A DNA stretch of 63,930 nt, the filler included, from Thelocarpon superellum (lineage: Eukaryota), in NCBI GenBank assembly GCA_026025795.1. It is 3 parts of 3 records of this genome, joined end to end, with 100 filler letters (N's around TTAATTAATTAA, not from the genome) between each part and the next. Parts side by side here need not be neighbours in the genome. Positions count along the whole stretch, not along the records: positions 48,024 to 63,930 come from JAPEUG010000401.1; 2 more parts are not named here. The stretch is one strand, 5' to 3'. Below, piece after piece: positions 63,774 through 63,930 of the stretch. The notes under the pieces were generated by a model. It was not told the origin of the DNA, did not search any database, and saw only the letters and a list, made by a program, of their open reading frames with translations. The number at the start of each line of letters is the position of its first letter. The stretch's first letter is position 1. Made by a program: the position numbers and the translations under genes.

Positions 63774-63930
<157 letters not shown>

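Overview
Gene-dense, GC-rich, intron-containing genomic DNA of a filamentous ascomycete (Pezizomycotina-type genes, GT-AG introns with CTRAC branch points). The window is three contigs joined by two 100-nt N-gaps, each carrying an artificial TTAATTAATTAA linker. I can support about 23 protein-coding loci. Recognisable genes are BCS1, a NAPE-PLD, a MAD1-like CFEM adhesin, a PARP-type zinc-finger protein, DNAJC7, an AKR7-like reductase, BOR1, pacC, MKK1, an intronless bacterial-type pyridine nucleotide-disulfide oxidoreductase, RPB10, NAN1/UTP17, a carboxylesterase, a BTB protein and a 2OG-Fe(II) oxygenase; the rest are hypotheticals. Also present are an SRPK-like kinase pseudogene, a solo LTR and several repeats. 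The most notable non-obvious signals are: (1) about 15 PacC (GCCARG) sites upstream of pacC itself, partly in helically phased tandem arrays; (2) a periodic GTCAYGAK array in a divergent promoter; (3) a frame-preserving intron downstream of the PARP-zf stop codon, suggesting readthrough or editing; (4) repeat-expanded secreted proteins. No clearly novel multi-gene system can be proven from sequence alone. All product calls come from motif recognition and recall, not database searches.
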